A stretch of 54,615 nucleotides of DNA, the filler included, from Porpidia crustulata (lineage: Eukaryota), in NCBI GenBank assembly GCA_964255105.1. It is 5 parts of 5 records of this genome, joined end to end, with 100 filler letters (N's around TTAATTAATTAA, not from the genome) between each part and the next. Parts side by side here need not be neighbours in the genome. Positions count along the whole stretch, not along the records: positions 10,973 to 21,838 come from CAXUWE010000721.1; positions 21,939 to 32,784 come from CAXUWE010000722.1; 3 more parts are not named here. One strand, written 5' to 3'. A program made the position numbers and the translations under genes. This document shows positions 11,058 to 24,900 of this stretch, in pieces (positions within the stretch are counted from its first letter, which is position 1; every line of letters begins with the position of its first letter). The notes beneath the pieces are model-generated. The model did no database searches. It saw only the letters and a list, made by a program, of their open reading frames with translations, and was not told the DNA's origin.

Positions 11058-13359
11058 TCATATTAATAAATGGGGCCAGGGATGAAAAACTGACCGGATT
11101 GCGAGCCAGCCGGACATGGGGAGGTCGGCCGTGTCTCTGTAGGGAGGGTCGCGGAGGTTGATCATAGACGAAGGCGCGGCATCGACGGAAGGAAAGGGGA
11201 ATTGTCCGCTTCCGGAGCCCAAGACCCAGAATTTGTGGCCATGAAGATGGATTGGATGGCCCATCTAAAGGAGATCAGCATCGTCAATACCGCGGAAGCC
11301 ATATTTTCCCACTGCAATGAGAATGACCAACCTTGTCCATGGAGTCGTCGGCAACTGCCATGATAATATCGATTGTCGAGTTGGAAGGTAGATGAAGGGT
11401 GGTATTAGCGCTCCAGCCGTCAGAAGAATTTCCGTAAAGAATCGGTATTGAAGCTTCTTTGTATGGGTCACGGTTCATGACCCATGTCACAACGCCGGTC
11501 TGGCTGATGTTCAGCACTGTAGACACATCTGCCTTTCCTGACGGTGGCGAGTCGCTTTGAAATGGATGGAGTAGAGTGGTGTCTAGCGTTGAGGCATTCA
11601 TCGTCGCGGAACCATTCTTGAGTATGTAGATGGGCATTGGATCTTCCCCTACTTCAATCGTGCGTTTGGACATTGTCGCATTCATCTAAGTTGTTAGCAC
11701 TGGTACAGAACAAGGATTCTGTAGAAGTCATACTTTGTACGACACAATTGCTTGTCCGTCCAGGACTTGCTGCATATCGCCCGTTGGGTAAGATGCGAAC
11801 CGCAGATAATAATCGCCAGGGGTTTGATCCAACTTGATCATGACTGAATATCGCTGGCCAATCGAGAGATAAAGGATCTTAATACAAGACTCATTAGTAC
11901 AGGCGTTGAAAGATTTATGAGTGGACTCAACTGACCTTGACCTCTTGTAAAGTGACATAGAGACCGTCGGCGGCATATATAAACATGGAGTGCGCATCGA
12001 GCGACACAGCAAGCCCACTAACGGCGCCTGAATTGACGAGATTGAGGGCTAACCATCCCTGCGTACTATTTGCCGGAATCGTCAACATTGGGGACGTCGT
12101 ATTTGCACATGTTGCAGGAGGAAGGGAATTGATGTTGAAGCCAGGTTTGAACATCATTGGTGGAGTACAGCCTTGTGCATTCAGTGGGCCCATATCTTGT
12201 GAGCTAGACATAGAAGCCATACTCGGCATTGGCGCCATACTTATCATCGAAGTGCTTAGCCCGGTCGAGCTCGAGGTCATCTGCATGGATTCTTCCGCCA
12301 CGGACATATCCATAGTCATCGTGTCGGTCGGCATGCTTGATCCGCTCATATCCATTCTTTTGCTCATTCCCGTCATGCTCGTTCCCATCATGCTCATCCC
12401 TGTCTTGCTCATCCCCATCATACTCGTTGAAGAGGTGCCGGTAGACATCGTCGAAGATGCATTGGTCATGGAAGGAGAAGAATTAAGCCCAAGACCTGTT
12501 CCTGCTTGCAGAATGTTTTCAGAGAGACATTCGACCCGTCCAAGCCCATTTGCGAGAAGGCTGTCGACACAGTTTGGAAACGCGCCAGTCTTGAAATACT
12601 GTGCATAGATCGTGTCCGAGGTGTCATGAGTCCAATCATTGAGGAGGATAGGAAGGGCGTCATGTTCAGTTTGGAGGAGTTTTGTGAGATCAGAATCGCT
12701 CTTGGCAAGTTTCTCAAAGGGCCGAGGATGTGTAGTTGAGGGGTGGATCATTAAAGGACCTCGAATAGCATCGTCGTAGTATGCTCGGAAATGAGAATGA
12801 TACCAGTAGAATCCATATTCGGTTCCAACGGAGAATCTATAGGTAAAATTTCCACCAGGAGCAATTGGGTACTGCGTTTTATTAGATTGTGACACCCGAT
12901 TCATCGTTGTTTGACAACTCACTTGTGTGACCCCAGGAACTCCATCCATCTGCGGTGATCCACGTTGAAGAAGACCTGATTGGATTTCTTAGTACCGACG
13001 TCCTGATCGATTTGACCGTTGCTCCGATATCGCATGTACGGCGTACGAGATATCGGATTACTTACCGTGCCAGTGGATAGTACTCTCCACTGGTAAATCA
13101 TTCTTCACAAAGACCTCGAGATCGTCTCCTTCGTCAATCTCTATCAAAGGCCCAGGCTGTTGACCGTTGATGAGGTACACATCTCGAGTAAAGCCATCTG
13201 GAAGTTCATTATAGAACACCTTTTGGCAGATATGCGATACGATGATCACCTACCAGGAGCTTTCGTGCCGGTATGTAAAGTAAAATTATAAGTACGTAGC
13301 GCCGCTTCAGAAAATCTGCTCGCAACAAGCCATAATGTGAAGAGATTGAACAATGTCAT
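11058..13359 (-). CDS. Secreted multicopper oxidase (laccase-like, AA1) with Met-rich insertion; last exon(s) lost at contig end
   Basis: Signal peptide [19 protein letters not shown] from ATG 13359; copper motifs IHWHG, YWYHSH and [16 protein letters not shown]; several GT-AG introns. The final HCH motif is not present before the low-quality contig end. Confidence 0.9.
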
Positions 13360-15254
13360 TGCCACAGCCAGTTTTCAGTGTAATTATGGACCGATGTGAT
13401 ATGAGATGGTGAGATGATAAGATGAGAAAACGAATACGATTCATTATTTCATGTCCTTCCAGTTCATCTAATACCAGTGAACACCGCATAATGCGAGGCA
13501 CTTTCGCGTGTTTTAGAACTGCAACGTTCCCTGCAGCTAAGGAGCCAAGCAATTGCTCTGGTATTTGAAGGGCGATCGCGTCCATCCTTGGATACGACTA
13601 GCATATGACAATGAAGCTAAAGTACGCACAAAGGCCTCAGGAGCTGTGCAGCCGCCAGTGCCGCTCTAGCCGCTGGTTTGCATAATTGTTGTTAAATATT
13701 TCAAGCAACAAATTCTTCGGGTTGAGGGTCAGCAAATAGAAGTGTCCTTTGGCCAACGTTTGAAATAACCCAGTAAACTCATGATTGAGCCCAATGGTGG
13801 CAATGCGAACACAAAAGCCACAGGTCACGCGGTTAATCATGACTGAGGCTTGTGTAATGCCCTTGATGAGCGATCTATACTTGGCACCGAAACCCTTACT
13901 TGTTGCCACATCTATCATGGACGTCTCTCTCTTTCTTGGAACTCAGGTTCTAGACCCTATGAAAGCTTCTTTCCAACCTGACTAGCTCCGCATCTTCTTG
14001 CCCGATCCCTTTGAGAAGGGTAGGTGGAAGGAAAATTTGAAGGAATAAAACCTTATGACCGAAGTATTGGAATAATATCATCGAAGGATCAACTCGTCCG
14101 GTGATGATTCTCTAGTAAGTCTTCCTAATAGTGCATTCGTCAACACCCTGAGTGAATTTCTACCGTAGAAGCAATTACGAAGGTAGAAGTTCGCCTCATA
14201 GGAAATTCTTGCCACGTCGAAAGTGACGGGTGAGGAATTATGGTACCACAAACGATGTCGCAGACCTGCAAAACTTGGGGCCAGTCAGGCACGGAATGGA
14301 TTCCACTGGAATAGCAATGTAATACCACTAAAGTAAGGTAAGCTTCTTGATTTAAAAGATTTGGCCTAATGACAATACCTTGAAGAGTAATGCAAAGAGT
14401 TCTGACCGAGCGAGATTTGTTCTCGGGCGAAAGAAGAAATAAGGCGAGATCAGTAGACTGGATTCTGGTAGTGTGTGCTGTACTTTGTTAGGTTGAGATG
14501 AGAAGAATTGATTAGATAATGTCCTGGATGTGTAAGGCTTCCCTATGGCATGGTAAGAGGGAAGGAGAGAAAAATTTGCTTGAGTGAGAATGGTATTAAT
14601 GTGAAAATCTGTAAAGGTGAGAAATATAGCGATATGCCTACTTGATTAGATATATAGTACATCAACCTTTGACCTAATGATTAAGGTCTAATCCGCCTTT
14701 TGACCTTGCAGAATCTTGGGATGCGTAAAGTTGTACCTGAGTGTACCTATATTGAGGCGTTTCAGACGTGAATTGAGACACCAGTCAGTCAGTCATGTGC
14801 GAGATGGAGCCCCGCTCTCTTCACCACAACATGTGCTCGATAACATTATTAGCATTGAGAAGGCTCTCTTTGCTATGCTTAGTCTAGTCATAGGCTTCGT
14901 GACTGCTCGAGGCAAACAAAACCCACAACGATAATTACTCGTAGTAAAGAGCAAACCAGGATCCCATGCAGAAGAGCTGCTACAGTGAAGGTCCGTTGGT
15001 CATCCGTCACAAAACCCTAATCTAAAAGTCCGAAAAGAAGTAAAGTGGGTATCACATATAGAGACATGAATGCTGGGAAGTAGTATTCCCCGGGTTGGAA
15101 GCAATGCAACGTAACAAACTCTAATACACGAAGTCCAGATGATTAGATTATTGTTGATCAGTGGACGTGAACGATCTCACGCAGCGTAGAAAAGCGCAAG
15201 GGGGCCATCCACTCGTCAGGAGTCCCGGAAGGTAATAATGGAGCAACACAGTCG

Positions 15255-16133
15255 CTAGAAAGTACTCCAACTCCAGTCTTTCGGCGCGCTGGTGGCCACC
15301 GTCCCCCTCTGGCCCTCCGCGCTCTCCCCAGCTGATGAATGGGCCGTGTTCCCGATCGGCAGTTCCGGTGTGGTTGTCGACTCCGAATCCAAGCTATTGC
15401 TCCTCGACACCCTTTCTGCTTTCCACTCGCGATACCGATCCCAACAGTGCTTGCAAGCACGTGACTGTGATCCATTGGGATGAAATTCGGCATGCTGATC
15501 GAGCGGCGTGGAATAAGCGGAATGGGTATTGCAGAAGACGAGGCCGCAGTGCCGGCAATGGTGTCGCCGCTCGAATAAGGAAAACGCCTTTTGGCAGACT
15601 GGCGCGTCGCAGATTAAAGCGACCGAGTCGGGCTTCCAGTGCTCGCGTGTGGGCAGTCCAGCCATCGTCGGTCGATCATCTTCGGCTACCCTCCCCAGTG
15701 TAGCTTTCTTCTTGCTATCGGCAGTCGAACGCCGGCTCACGGGGCGTCTGCTGTGGGAACCGTCCAAGCTTTCCATGCTTCCATGAACGCTGCGGGGTGG
15801 CGTGAGAGGTACCGGTCGGGACGGTCTTTCCGTCGGTCGTAGCGCAGCTGGTACATACATCGGTGATTTCGGCTTTTGCAGCTGCTTGGTTGCCAACGGA
15901 AGGTTTGGAAACATGGATGCATTTCGAGGTGATGACGGTGATTGATCCATGGGCGTACCCGATACCGAGTTGATGGGTGAGAATTGCTGACCGGCCTGCG
16001 GATACGGTTGTGGATAAGCGTGGGGATGCTGCGCGCCTTGATTGCGCCCTTGAGATTGCTGAGGCGGCGAAACGTACTCCTGTGAGTTGGGAGGCGTCGT
16101 GTATGGTTCGCGGTTCGGAAAACTCGTCGTCAT
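15255..16133 (-). CDS. FYVE zinc-finger protein
   Basis: WKPD...CDAPVC...FSLFERRHHCRHCGLVFC...RACKHC; C-terminal WSWSTF; first in-frame ATG 16133. Confidence 0.88.
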   Translation of the reverse strand: MTTSFPNREPYTTPPNSQEYVSPPQQSQGRNQGAQHPHAYPQPYPQAGQQFSPINSVSGTPMDQSPSSPRNASMFPNLPLATKQLQKPKSPMYVPAALRPTERPSRPVPLTPPRSVHGSMESLDGSHSRRPVSRRSTADSKKKATLGRVAEDDRPTMAGLPTREHWKPDSVALICDAPVCQKAFSLFERRHHCRHCGLVFCNTHSAYSTPLDQHAEFHPNGSQSRACKHCWDRYREWKAERVSRSNSLDSESTTTPELPIGNTAHSSAGESAEGQRGTVATSAPKDWSWSTF

Positions 16134-17619
16134 GATGAGGGCTTCAATGCGATCCACGAGACAGCGGTCGGACTACTCTACACTACGGTAGATGCTTTTC
16201 TGCTGAAGACTCAAGAGGGGTTGGATGAAAAAGCAAGGTCGAGGGGGTCGTATTTACACGTGATCATGAGTCGGAGATTATGCTGCATGTGGTGTTGTAC
16301 AAGGTAGAGTACAAGCTCGACAGCTGTCAATGCCACGTTTCCCAGCGTGCAGGAATGTGATAGCTCTTTTATGACCGACCATGTGTAATATATTGAAGTG
16401 ATGGAAGACGGCAAGAATCGGGGAAGGGAGCCGTCGAGAGATCGTTTGAGCGCTTTGAGGGGTTATGGGGGATCTTGAGACCTGACTTTTGTTCAAATGG
16501 GAAAAAAAACAACCGATAGGCGACTCTACGTCAGATACGAGACCTCTGATACTGAGTCTAATTTAACGGAAACAAAGCATTAATGATGATACTTCCGAAG
16601 AGAAGCGAGAAGGGGAAATTATGTACATGGTGAAGAAGGAAATCATGGAGACTCGGAGGGTGGATGTCGATGGGGGAGTGGATGTGGAAGTATGGGAATG
16701 GGGGGGGGATGCCACCAACATGCTCAATGTGTGTGGTAGGCTGTTAGCCTACCATGGATTTGGCAGTGGAGGCTTGAAAGAGACCCTTTTAGTCTATCCA
16801 CCTCCGACAATGGGGTCAAATCATCTGAGCCTAAAGGGATTTAGAGGCACACTAAGTAATTCCCGGGAAAGTCTGATAAGATTCGATGCGCCTTAGAAGT
16901 TGGACGGAGGATGAAGGAGAGCCGGCAGATGGAGTCAGGTAGTCACGATCGAGGCAATTCGGGGAAATTGTCGCATGCTATCAAATCACTCATGCAATCC
17001 GAGCGTCAGATCAGCATTACAGGGAAATGAATACACGATCGCCACTGCTGTCATTGTACGACAAGCGGAAAGATACGGAACAACATTGCTACATGCGACG
17101 ACGTCGTGGTTGTTGAATAAGGGATGTTGAATGTTGATCTTCCAGTAGTACTTCTAAATTGGCATCAGGAAGAGACACTCTCCCGTCCGCCCCGTTGAAA
17201 CACGTCGTCATCGCTGTCACTTGGGATCCTTGCAAGTGCGCTAGAACGACAACAGTCAGATAAGAACATCCCTGTCGCTCGTGGCCCTCCGACCCCGGTC
17301 GCATCAATCGTCAAACCCCCGCTGAACGCCTCTGAATGGCTGGACTGGCACTGCACGCTTATATGCGGATGTAACACCGGCATGTTGCTAACAAACCCCG
17401 AGTCTACCTCCCATCAATCAACGTCTACGCCGTATCAATCTTGGCTCTCAACAGCTCTTCGCGTATCGATCAAGCTTTTGTTCCCATCATGATGAAATGT
17501 ACTCGCGGTCTAGGATTTTCTTCGCAGCAAGTCTTGCTCTCCTGGGTTATGCTTTGGTTTTCTCCTTGACAAAAGTAGTTTCTCTTTCATAACTACTTCA
17601 CTGCTTCAAAGCACCCATC

Positions 17620-18594
17620 ATGACCGGGGGAAACAATCCTCCTGGAGAAGGTGGCTCCTGGCGACATCAACTTGGCTCAGACAGTTTCCCTGTTGAAGCA
17701 GACCGCTATCACCTCTATGTTGGCCTCTTCTGCCCCTTCGCCCATCGCGTCATGATAACCCGTGAGCTCAAAGGTCTTCAAGAATTCCTACCCATGAGTA
17801 TTGTAAAAGCCTACCCAAAAGACGGTGGGGGTTGGCGTTTCCCTGCCAGTAATGACGAATATCCTGGCAGCACAATTGATCACCTTTTTCACTCGGAATT
17901 CTTGCATGAAGTCTACTTCAAATCCTACAAAGACTACAAAGGCATATACTCCGTCCCAGTCCTGTGGGACAAAAAGACGAATCAGATCGTCAATAATGAA
18001 AGCGAAGATATCATGCGTATGCTCAATACCGCCTTCGACGACCTCCTCCCCAAAGGAAGTCTACAGCACGTTCTCAATTTTTACCCTGCCCACCTACAAT
18101 CTCAGATCGAAGAAATCAGCTCTTGGATGATACCCGATCTCAACAACGGCGTCTACAAGGCCGGGTTCGCCGACAGCCAATCCTCCTATGAGCAGAATGC
18201 CCGTACAGTCTTCCGCACACTCGACCGCCTCGAATCCATACTGAGCCAATTCCGCAAAACCTCCCCCTACCTCTTGCGCCAAATGTCAGAAATCGACATC
18301 AAACTCTTCACAACCCTAATTCGCTTCGACGTCGTCTACCAGCAACACTTCAAATTGATGCTGCGCAGCATTCGGCATGGATACCCGCACCTGAACCGGT
18401 GGATGAAGCACATTTATTGGAATTTGCCGGGCGTGAGGGAGACTGTCAATTTCAAGCACATCAAGGAGAATTACACAAAGAGCCACATAAGAATCAACCC
18501 GCTGGGAATCACGCCGCTGGGCCCGGAGCCGGAAGTGGAGATTTGGACCGAGGAGGATGAGAGGTGGCGGAGAGGGTTGTTTGGGGCACTTTGA
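17620..18594 (+). CDS. Glutathionyl-hydroquinone reductase / omega-like GST (Ecm4/YqjG family)
   Basis: RYHLYVGLFCPFAHR, VPVLWDKK, NNESEDI, NNGVYKAGFA, RFDVVY..HFK, HIKENYTKSH..INPLGITPLGP. Confidence 0.92.
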   Translation: MTGGNNPPGEGGSWRHQLGSDSFPVEADRYHLYVGLFCPFAHRVMITRELKGLQEFLPMSIVKAYPKDGGGWRFPASNDEYPGSTIDHLFHSEFLHEVYFKSYKDYKGIYSVPVLWDKKTNQIVNNESEDIMRMLNTAFDDLLPKGSLQHVLNFYPAHLQSQIEEISSWMIPDLNNGVYKAGFADSQSSYEQNARTVFRTLDRLESILSQFRKTSPYLLRQMSEIDIKLFTTLIRFDVVYQQHFKLMLRSIRHGYPHLNRWMKHIYWNLPGVRETVNFKHIKENYTKSHIRINPLGITPLGPEPEVEIWTEEDERWRRGLFGAL

Positions 18595-20933
18595 TGCGCT
18601 CGCCCTGCATTGATGCTACGATGCCACGATATGGTGTAACGACGTAACGATGATCCATTACGCAACGATCTAGAAATTAGTTTGTATAATTTCGAAACGG
18701 TTATCCATTGCCATATGAATCCTTATACGTACGTCTCCCTGCCTAGACCGCCACTTCACATCCCCCTTTGAACGAGAATTTTAGGACCTTTCGCAATGCC
18801 AGTGTACAGACATTGTTTCTAGCACAACAAAGACTATAGGGTGTCTATAGTGCAAAGGATATCAGCAGGTCACTAAAAACCAGCTTCTCAATCCTTCTCG
18901 GTTCTCTTGCCTCCTCTGGGCTGTTAGGCTCCTGCTTGATCCTCTCCTAAATCTGACTCTGCTGTTATGATCTGATTGGGCTTTGGTTTCGTGAATTGAG
19001 AAGAGGGATTGAATGGCATCCTTGAGCTCGGTCCAAAACATCAACTTGCCACTCTGTTTTCTTCTTCGTCTACAGCGTCTTTCTTAGGTGTCTGTGAATT
19101 TTTCACCGAATTGTTGAGCGATCCTGCGCAATTTTCTGTGATATTTGGCAATCCAATCGGGCTAGGCAATCTGGATTTTAAATCATCAATCAGATGTCAG
19201 TAAGTATTGACCATGGAAGAACTTCCGCACGACAGGGCAATCAAGGAATGCTTTCCTACAATGATATATCTATCTTCCGATATCTCTCAGGAAACTAACA
19301 ACATGGCGCAATCTAGAGTCTTCCATCAACCAGTGATACCGCAAGAACGTATGATCGACATCTCTACTACAATAGGCAGCGCGAATGGCCCAAATCGCTG
19401 TCTGTATGCCGTGGGACGCGGCAGCAACACAAAGCTTTTCAACATCTTGGAAAGACTCGTCAGCTCCAGGCGTGGACAGGCTACATACAGCGGTACGATC
19501 GAGTTCCAGCAGTCCCCCCAGGCCAATACCGCCCTCGAGCGTTGCCTTAATGATTTTCTTACTACGATCACAATTTTTGCCTTTTGACACTGCTTCTTTT
19601 GCTAGCTTGGCTGGTATGTCTCCATGATAGTACGTATTATCAACGATTGACTTGAATTTTCCTGCCATGCTAACCAACAATCGTAGAGTGACTGAGCTAC
19701 ACAGCCAGAGGCTTATAACCCTTGTCCTTCCTCAGGACTGACTAGTCATAGCACAAGTCGAAAGATGGGATCGGATGATTCTATGTGTCGGCGGATGGCA
19801 TAAACATGTGTATAGTCACTGATCATTTGCCAAGATTCATGAGCAGGAAATGATACCAAATCAGATATTCCTCTTGATATGGCAATTTCTAAGTCCCATA
19901 GATGTACATTAAACAAACCCAATGCGCCACAACGCGAGCCTCCCTTCATAATAAATTATAAGACGCCGACTATGAGCTTCAAGATATCCCCGTAAAGTAA
20001 GATGGCCATCTTCATATACTGCGTTGTTATACATCTATAAATTTCATAGCCGACAGCTGTGTTTCACCCAACGGTAGCATCACTATGGGAATATGCCATA
20101 TGCCTCAAATCTAGGTCCACCTCCTCCTTGTACCTGCATGTAGTGCACAGTATCCCAAGTACCAATGAAAATAGATTAGGTAGAAACTTCACAGATCGAT
20201 ACACTATTAAATAATTCAATCATTCCTCCTGCTAGGGTACTATCTCTAATGACCAGCCCACCCATGTTGGGACATGTATGAGAGTCTACTACGATTAGGA
20301 AGGGAATTGGTGGTCATGGGATATGATCGCTGTAGGCATGATTCGTTTTTGGAAATGGGGAGAGAGTGAGTTAATTGAGGCGTCGACCAAATAGTCTCAC
20401 TATAGTGTCCGAGCATAGAGAATGGGATAGAGCTTGAGCCTATGATGGAGGAAGTAGTAAGCATATTGTGACGCGGGAACAGGAATTAAGCCTTGATACC
20501 CAATGGTGCATGGAGAACTAGATTTCGTATCAACAGTTGCTACTCACACGGCCCTGGTTGAGCTCGGATGAAAATCAGCGGTTCGTCCGTAATTTGTTCA
20601 AATCGTCCGAAACACACGATTCAACATCGCCGTGACTGCATGGCTTCTAATCGACCTACTTCTGGGCTTAAATAGTCTACGCCTTACGCCATGAGAAGAC
20701 TGAAAACAACGGATTTGTCAGACCCGCGGACCATGGCGCATTCGGCCGACGTTCCTTCAGTGAGCAATACACTGGTTCCCCCAGGCCATCATTTTTGGGC
20801 AGTGTTGATATAAAGAACCTACATTCCCGTTCGCTATCTCATTACCGACAAGCCATTTAGTTCTCTTCTCCACAGACCTAAAGAATAGAAAAATCAAATA
20901 GTCTCGCAAAGTTTATTCTCACGACGCACAACA

Positions 20934-21838
20934 ATGTCGACTACCACCCACATCAAGAGCATCGTCATTGTAGGGGTATGTCCCTCCCTTTCTGGCAATA
21001 CTTGTAATCGAAACTTCCTACTAATCCTATTATCAGGCTACGGGCAACCTCGGAAGCCTTATCCTTAAATCGCTACTCGACGTCCCCAACCTTAGCGTCA
21101 CCGCCCTTACCCGCGCCGAATCCTCCGCCAAATTCCCTTCCCATGCCTCTCTCACCGTCAAATCCGGCGATTACAACTCCCCTGATTTCCTTGCGTCCGC
21201 TCTGAATGGCGTAGACGCTATAATTCTCGCCCTCCATTTCTCCGCCGTTGAAAAAACCCAGATCGCGCTCATCGAGGCCGCAGCCGAAGCAGGCGTCAAA
21301 TATATCGTCCCCTGCGAATTCGGCAGCGACAATGGCATCGAAAGTCTCGCCAATTCAATTCCCTTGACTATTCCCAAAATCGCCGCACGCAAGCGCGTCG
21401 AGGAGCTCGCAAAAACTCATCAAGGATTAAGTTGGATCGGGTTCGTGACAAACCCGTGGTTTGACTACGTAAGTTCTTTCTTCTGTCCCTCTTGTCCCTC
21501 TCTCAGCGCCCACCAATACCAAGCTAATACCTACCCTAGAGCCTCAAATCAGGCGCCTGGCACATCGTCCCCGAAACCCGCACCGCCACCCTCTACGACT
21601 CCGGCACCAATCCCTTCAACACCACCACCCTCCCCACCGTCGGCCTCGCCGTCGCCCGCCTCTTCGCCCTCCCGCGCGACACCCTCGACACCTTCCGCAA
21701 CCGCTTCGTCTACATCAGCTCCTTCCGCGTCTCCCAGCGCGACATCCTGGCCGCCGTGCAACGCGTCACCGGCACCACAGACAAGGACTGGACGATCGAG
21801 CACCGGGACGCGCAGGAGTGGATGGACGAGGGGAGGGC
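20934..21838 (+). CDS. NmrA-like / isoflavone reductase family oxidoreductase, 3' truncated
   Basis: Spliced IVIVG|ATGNLG Rossmann motif (intron 20976-21036); LIEAAAEAGVKYIVPCEFG; NPWFD. Second intron ~21469-21539; TATA-like ATATAAAG at ~20808. Confidence 0.88.
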
Positions 21839-21938
21839 NNNNNNNNNNNNNNNNNNNNNNNNNNNNNNNNNNNNNNNNNNNNTTAATTAATTAANNNNNN
21901 NNNNNNNNNNNNNNNNNNNNNNNNNNNNNNNNNNNNNN
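21839..21938. other. Artificial contig linker
   Basis: 100-bp N/TTAATTAATTAA spacer. Confidence 0.97.
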
Positions 21939-24900
21939 GAGTGAGGTAGTGCGTGTAAAGGATGCCTCTGTCGCGGAGGAGGTCTTGGGTGAGGTAGGGC
22001 ATTTTGGCCACGCAGGGACTTAGGTATATTTGGGCGTGTTTGAGATTGGGGGTGTGGACCTCTGGTGCTGTGGTGGTCATGGAAGAACGATCCGTAGGTT
22101 TTGGTGGCCCAGCTTCTGGGATTTTGTTGGCTGACATTGTACGATAGCCGGGAGGATAAACCATGCACATGTTAGGTGATTGAGTCCCAGAAGTTGATTT
22201 GGGGTTGGACCCTATTATATCAGGAGATGGTAACATGTGGCTAGTCCCAGGCGTTGCGATCTGCGATGGCCCTTCGCTAATGCGGTCAGGTGTAGTCTCC
22301 CGGTCTTGGGATGAGGTTTCAACGCCTACCCGATACCGTCTGGGTTTCTCATAGGCACCTATCGGGATCTTGGGGACTAGAAATCGTTCAGGGGTCGATG
22401 CTTGCATATGCCGTTCATCGGGTTTCATTGGAGGTGTCTCTCGTGGCCGAGTGGTGGTAGAGGGATTTTGAATGACTTTCAATGTTGCAGCAATTGAAGT
22501 ATCCAGCCGATGCTCGCTTTGATTTTCTTCAGCGTCAAAGGATCGCCTTGCCCTTTTCGATTGTATTGCTTCATCGCCGGAGGTAATCTCTCCACTAACT
22601 GTCTCTTCAATCCTGCGCTTACGGGAAATTTGACAAGATCCTTGGGCAAGATCTTGAAGGATTGTCGGTGGACCTCTTACGTCGGTGATCGTGGGCTCAA
22701 CTTCGTAATACTTAGCTCTGAAGAACCGCCTCGCCTTCTTGAATTGCGTCGCTTCGTCGCTAGAAGTGACCTCTTCACTGGAGATATCCGCAATCTTCCG
22801 TTTGACGTGAGACTTGTGAGATGTAGTTATTAGGCTGGGTAAGCTATGGTTTCTTGCAACACTATCTAAAGCTGCTCGAAATGGCGATGAAGTTGATAGC
22901 GTGATGTCGGTAGAGTCACTGGTCTCCAACTCCCCTGAAATAGATCTTTTCAAGACATTGCCATCCTCCAATCGATACTCTGAATTCTTCATTTCCTTGG
23001 TGTCCATCCGGATCATAGGTGGAACCTCTGACTTACTTCGACCACGACGAGCGGATCCTATAGCTCGATCATACTCCATCCCATCATCCATGTCTTGAGA
23101 ATTTTCCCATGCAGCAAGGACACCTGTAGCACCTCGGTCACCCTTTTTTAGCTGCTCAACCCATTTTGCAGTATCTTCAGCCAGATCGTCGGATGGGACT
23201 AGCTTAGCTGCATTAGCCATGTCTTGTAATTCATTAATCGTCACGGCATCTCTCCAGTCCCTATCCCAATGAATCTTCAAAACGCGTGGGAATCGTAATG
23301 AAAATGTTGTGCGGTTGCCTGCTTTCTCAAACCCTGCGCCCATAACCTCAAAGACAAAAGGTTCTTTGAATACTGCCATCATGTCAGAGACACCTTGCTC
23401 AAGCTTCATGCCAAGAGCCGCTGCCTCTGCCCGAGACTTCACTTCAACAGCTTTAAACTGACCTAGCTGATTCAGGCTTTTGATGTCTTCTGGCTTGATG
23501 CAGAGATTCAGAGCGTCAATGACAATGAAATGTGGCTTTGCACCATCCTGAATCACCTTGTCTTTATTTGTCAGACAGCCAATATGAAAATGAGTCCACT
23601 TTAGTTTTAGCCCGATAAATTTCTTGGCCTCAACAACGTCATAGCCTGCACCCACAACTGCAAAGTCCGCAGTATCTCCCAAGCCTTTGATGTAGTCCTT
23701 TTTCAGCTTCATCCAACAGCTGGGAAAACCACCAGCTGACGGCTTAGTGCTGATATAAGGTTCGTCGGACGGTTTCAACACAAGTCCTTCCCACCGCATT
23801 GCACAGGCGCGAGCCAGTGCTTCTTGCAGGTAGCTTGGACCGCTTGGTGAAGATAGATCAATCACGGCTCGGATACCCAATCCTGTGCGGCCTGCTATAG
23901 GTTCTATCAATTTCTTTAGATACCGTCTTCTGCGTCTATGTGGTTCATCAATAAGGGAATAATCGTCGACAAGCATAACGTCGTAGAATATAATCATAAG
24001 ATGCTCAAAATCATGGGGTCTAATGTAGTTTAGCTAGCTTATCAGATAATTGACATAGGAATTAACTCACTGGGAATCAAAATTCGTACCCAGAAAAGCA
24101 CCAGACCGAGAAACGTGCTTCCGTATTTTACAAAAATCAAGAATGTTTTTTTCCCTATCGCTCCAAACGACCAATTCCCCTTCCAGAATGCATTTCTTGG
24201 AAAAGATACAGTCTTCGTGGCCAATCCGGAGGCACTGTCTGATCGACTCGTGCAACCCGGCCCGATCGACAGTGGAATCCTTGCCGCTTTTGGAGAATAT
24301 CTTAATCCACTTCTCTCCAGCGTCGAGGTCAACATGAATTTGGCAATACTCGCCATCATACTTTCTCTCGACGCTCACATTCCGCCGCCCAAGCACGCCG
24401 ACGGCATGTTTGACGCTCCGACCCACAAGAAAACTAGGTCTACCAATCTTCATCCCAACCTTGGGCGTAAGAGCATGAGTCGTACTCGAAGCCAGTTGCA
24501 CCATGCCATTTGTTGCATCCGGGTGAGGGATGGACGTCGCGGAGCCGCGAAGCATGCCGATGGCCGCTTCGAAAGTATCGTAAACCTTTATATACTGTGG
24601 CAATTCCGGATGAAGGCACTTGAGAACCCACGTCAAAGGTAAGTCGAGAGCTCCAAGGTCCTTCATCAGTATCCTTGTGAACCATTTGGCCTCCCGGGAT
24701 TGTAATCGCCTGTAGATGGACTCCAAGATTTGATCCACCTCCTTTGGATCTTCGTTTTCTTTGCTCTCCCTCACATCGGGCGCAGAGAAACGATTTCTTG
24801 CGGCCAACTTCGCCAATGCACTATCTACCTGTTCCAAAGTGGCTTGGTTCTCAGGGTTCTGCATGGGAAATTCCGATTCCTTGAGTGCCCGCTCCACACA

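Noticed and set aside
11985..12608. 207-aa hydrophobic plus-strand ORF
   Set aside because: Antisense shadow of the Met-rich oxidase exon.
13400..15250. Short ORFs between the oxidase and FYVE genes
   Set aside because: No recognisable motifs; stop-rich in all frames.
18860..20100. Possible degenerate gene (vague ankyrin-like strings on the minus strand)
   Set aside because: Fragments are in different frames and no consensus repeat can be supported.
11058..21838. Biosynthetic gene cluster (oxidase, GST, NmrA-like reductase)
   Set aside because: No PKS, NRPS or terpene core gene, transporter or cluster regulator on this contig.
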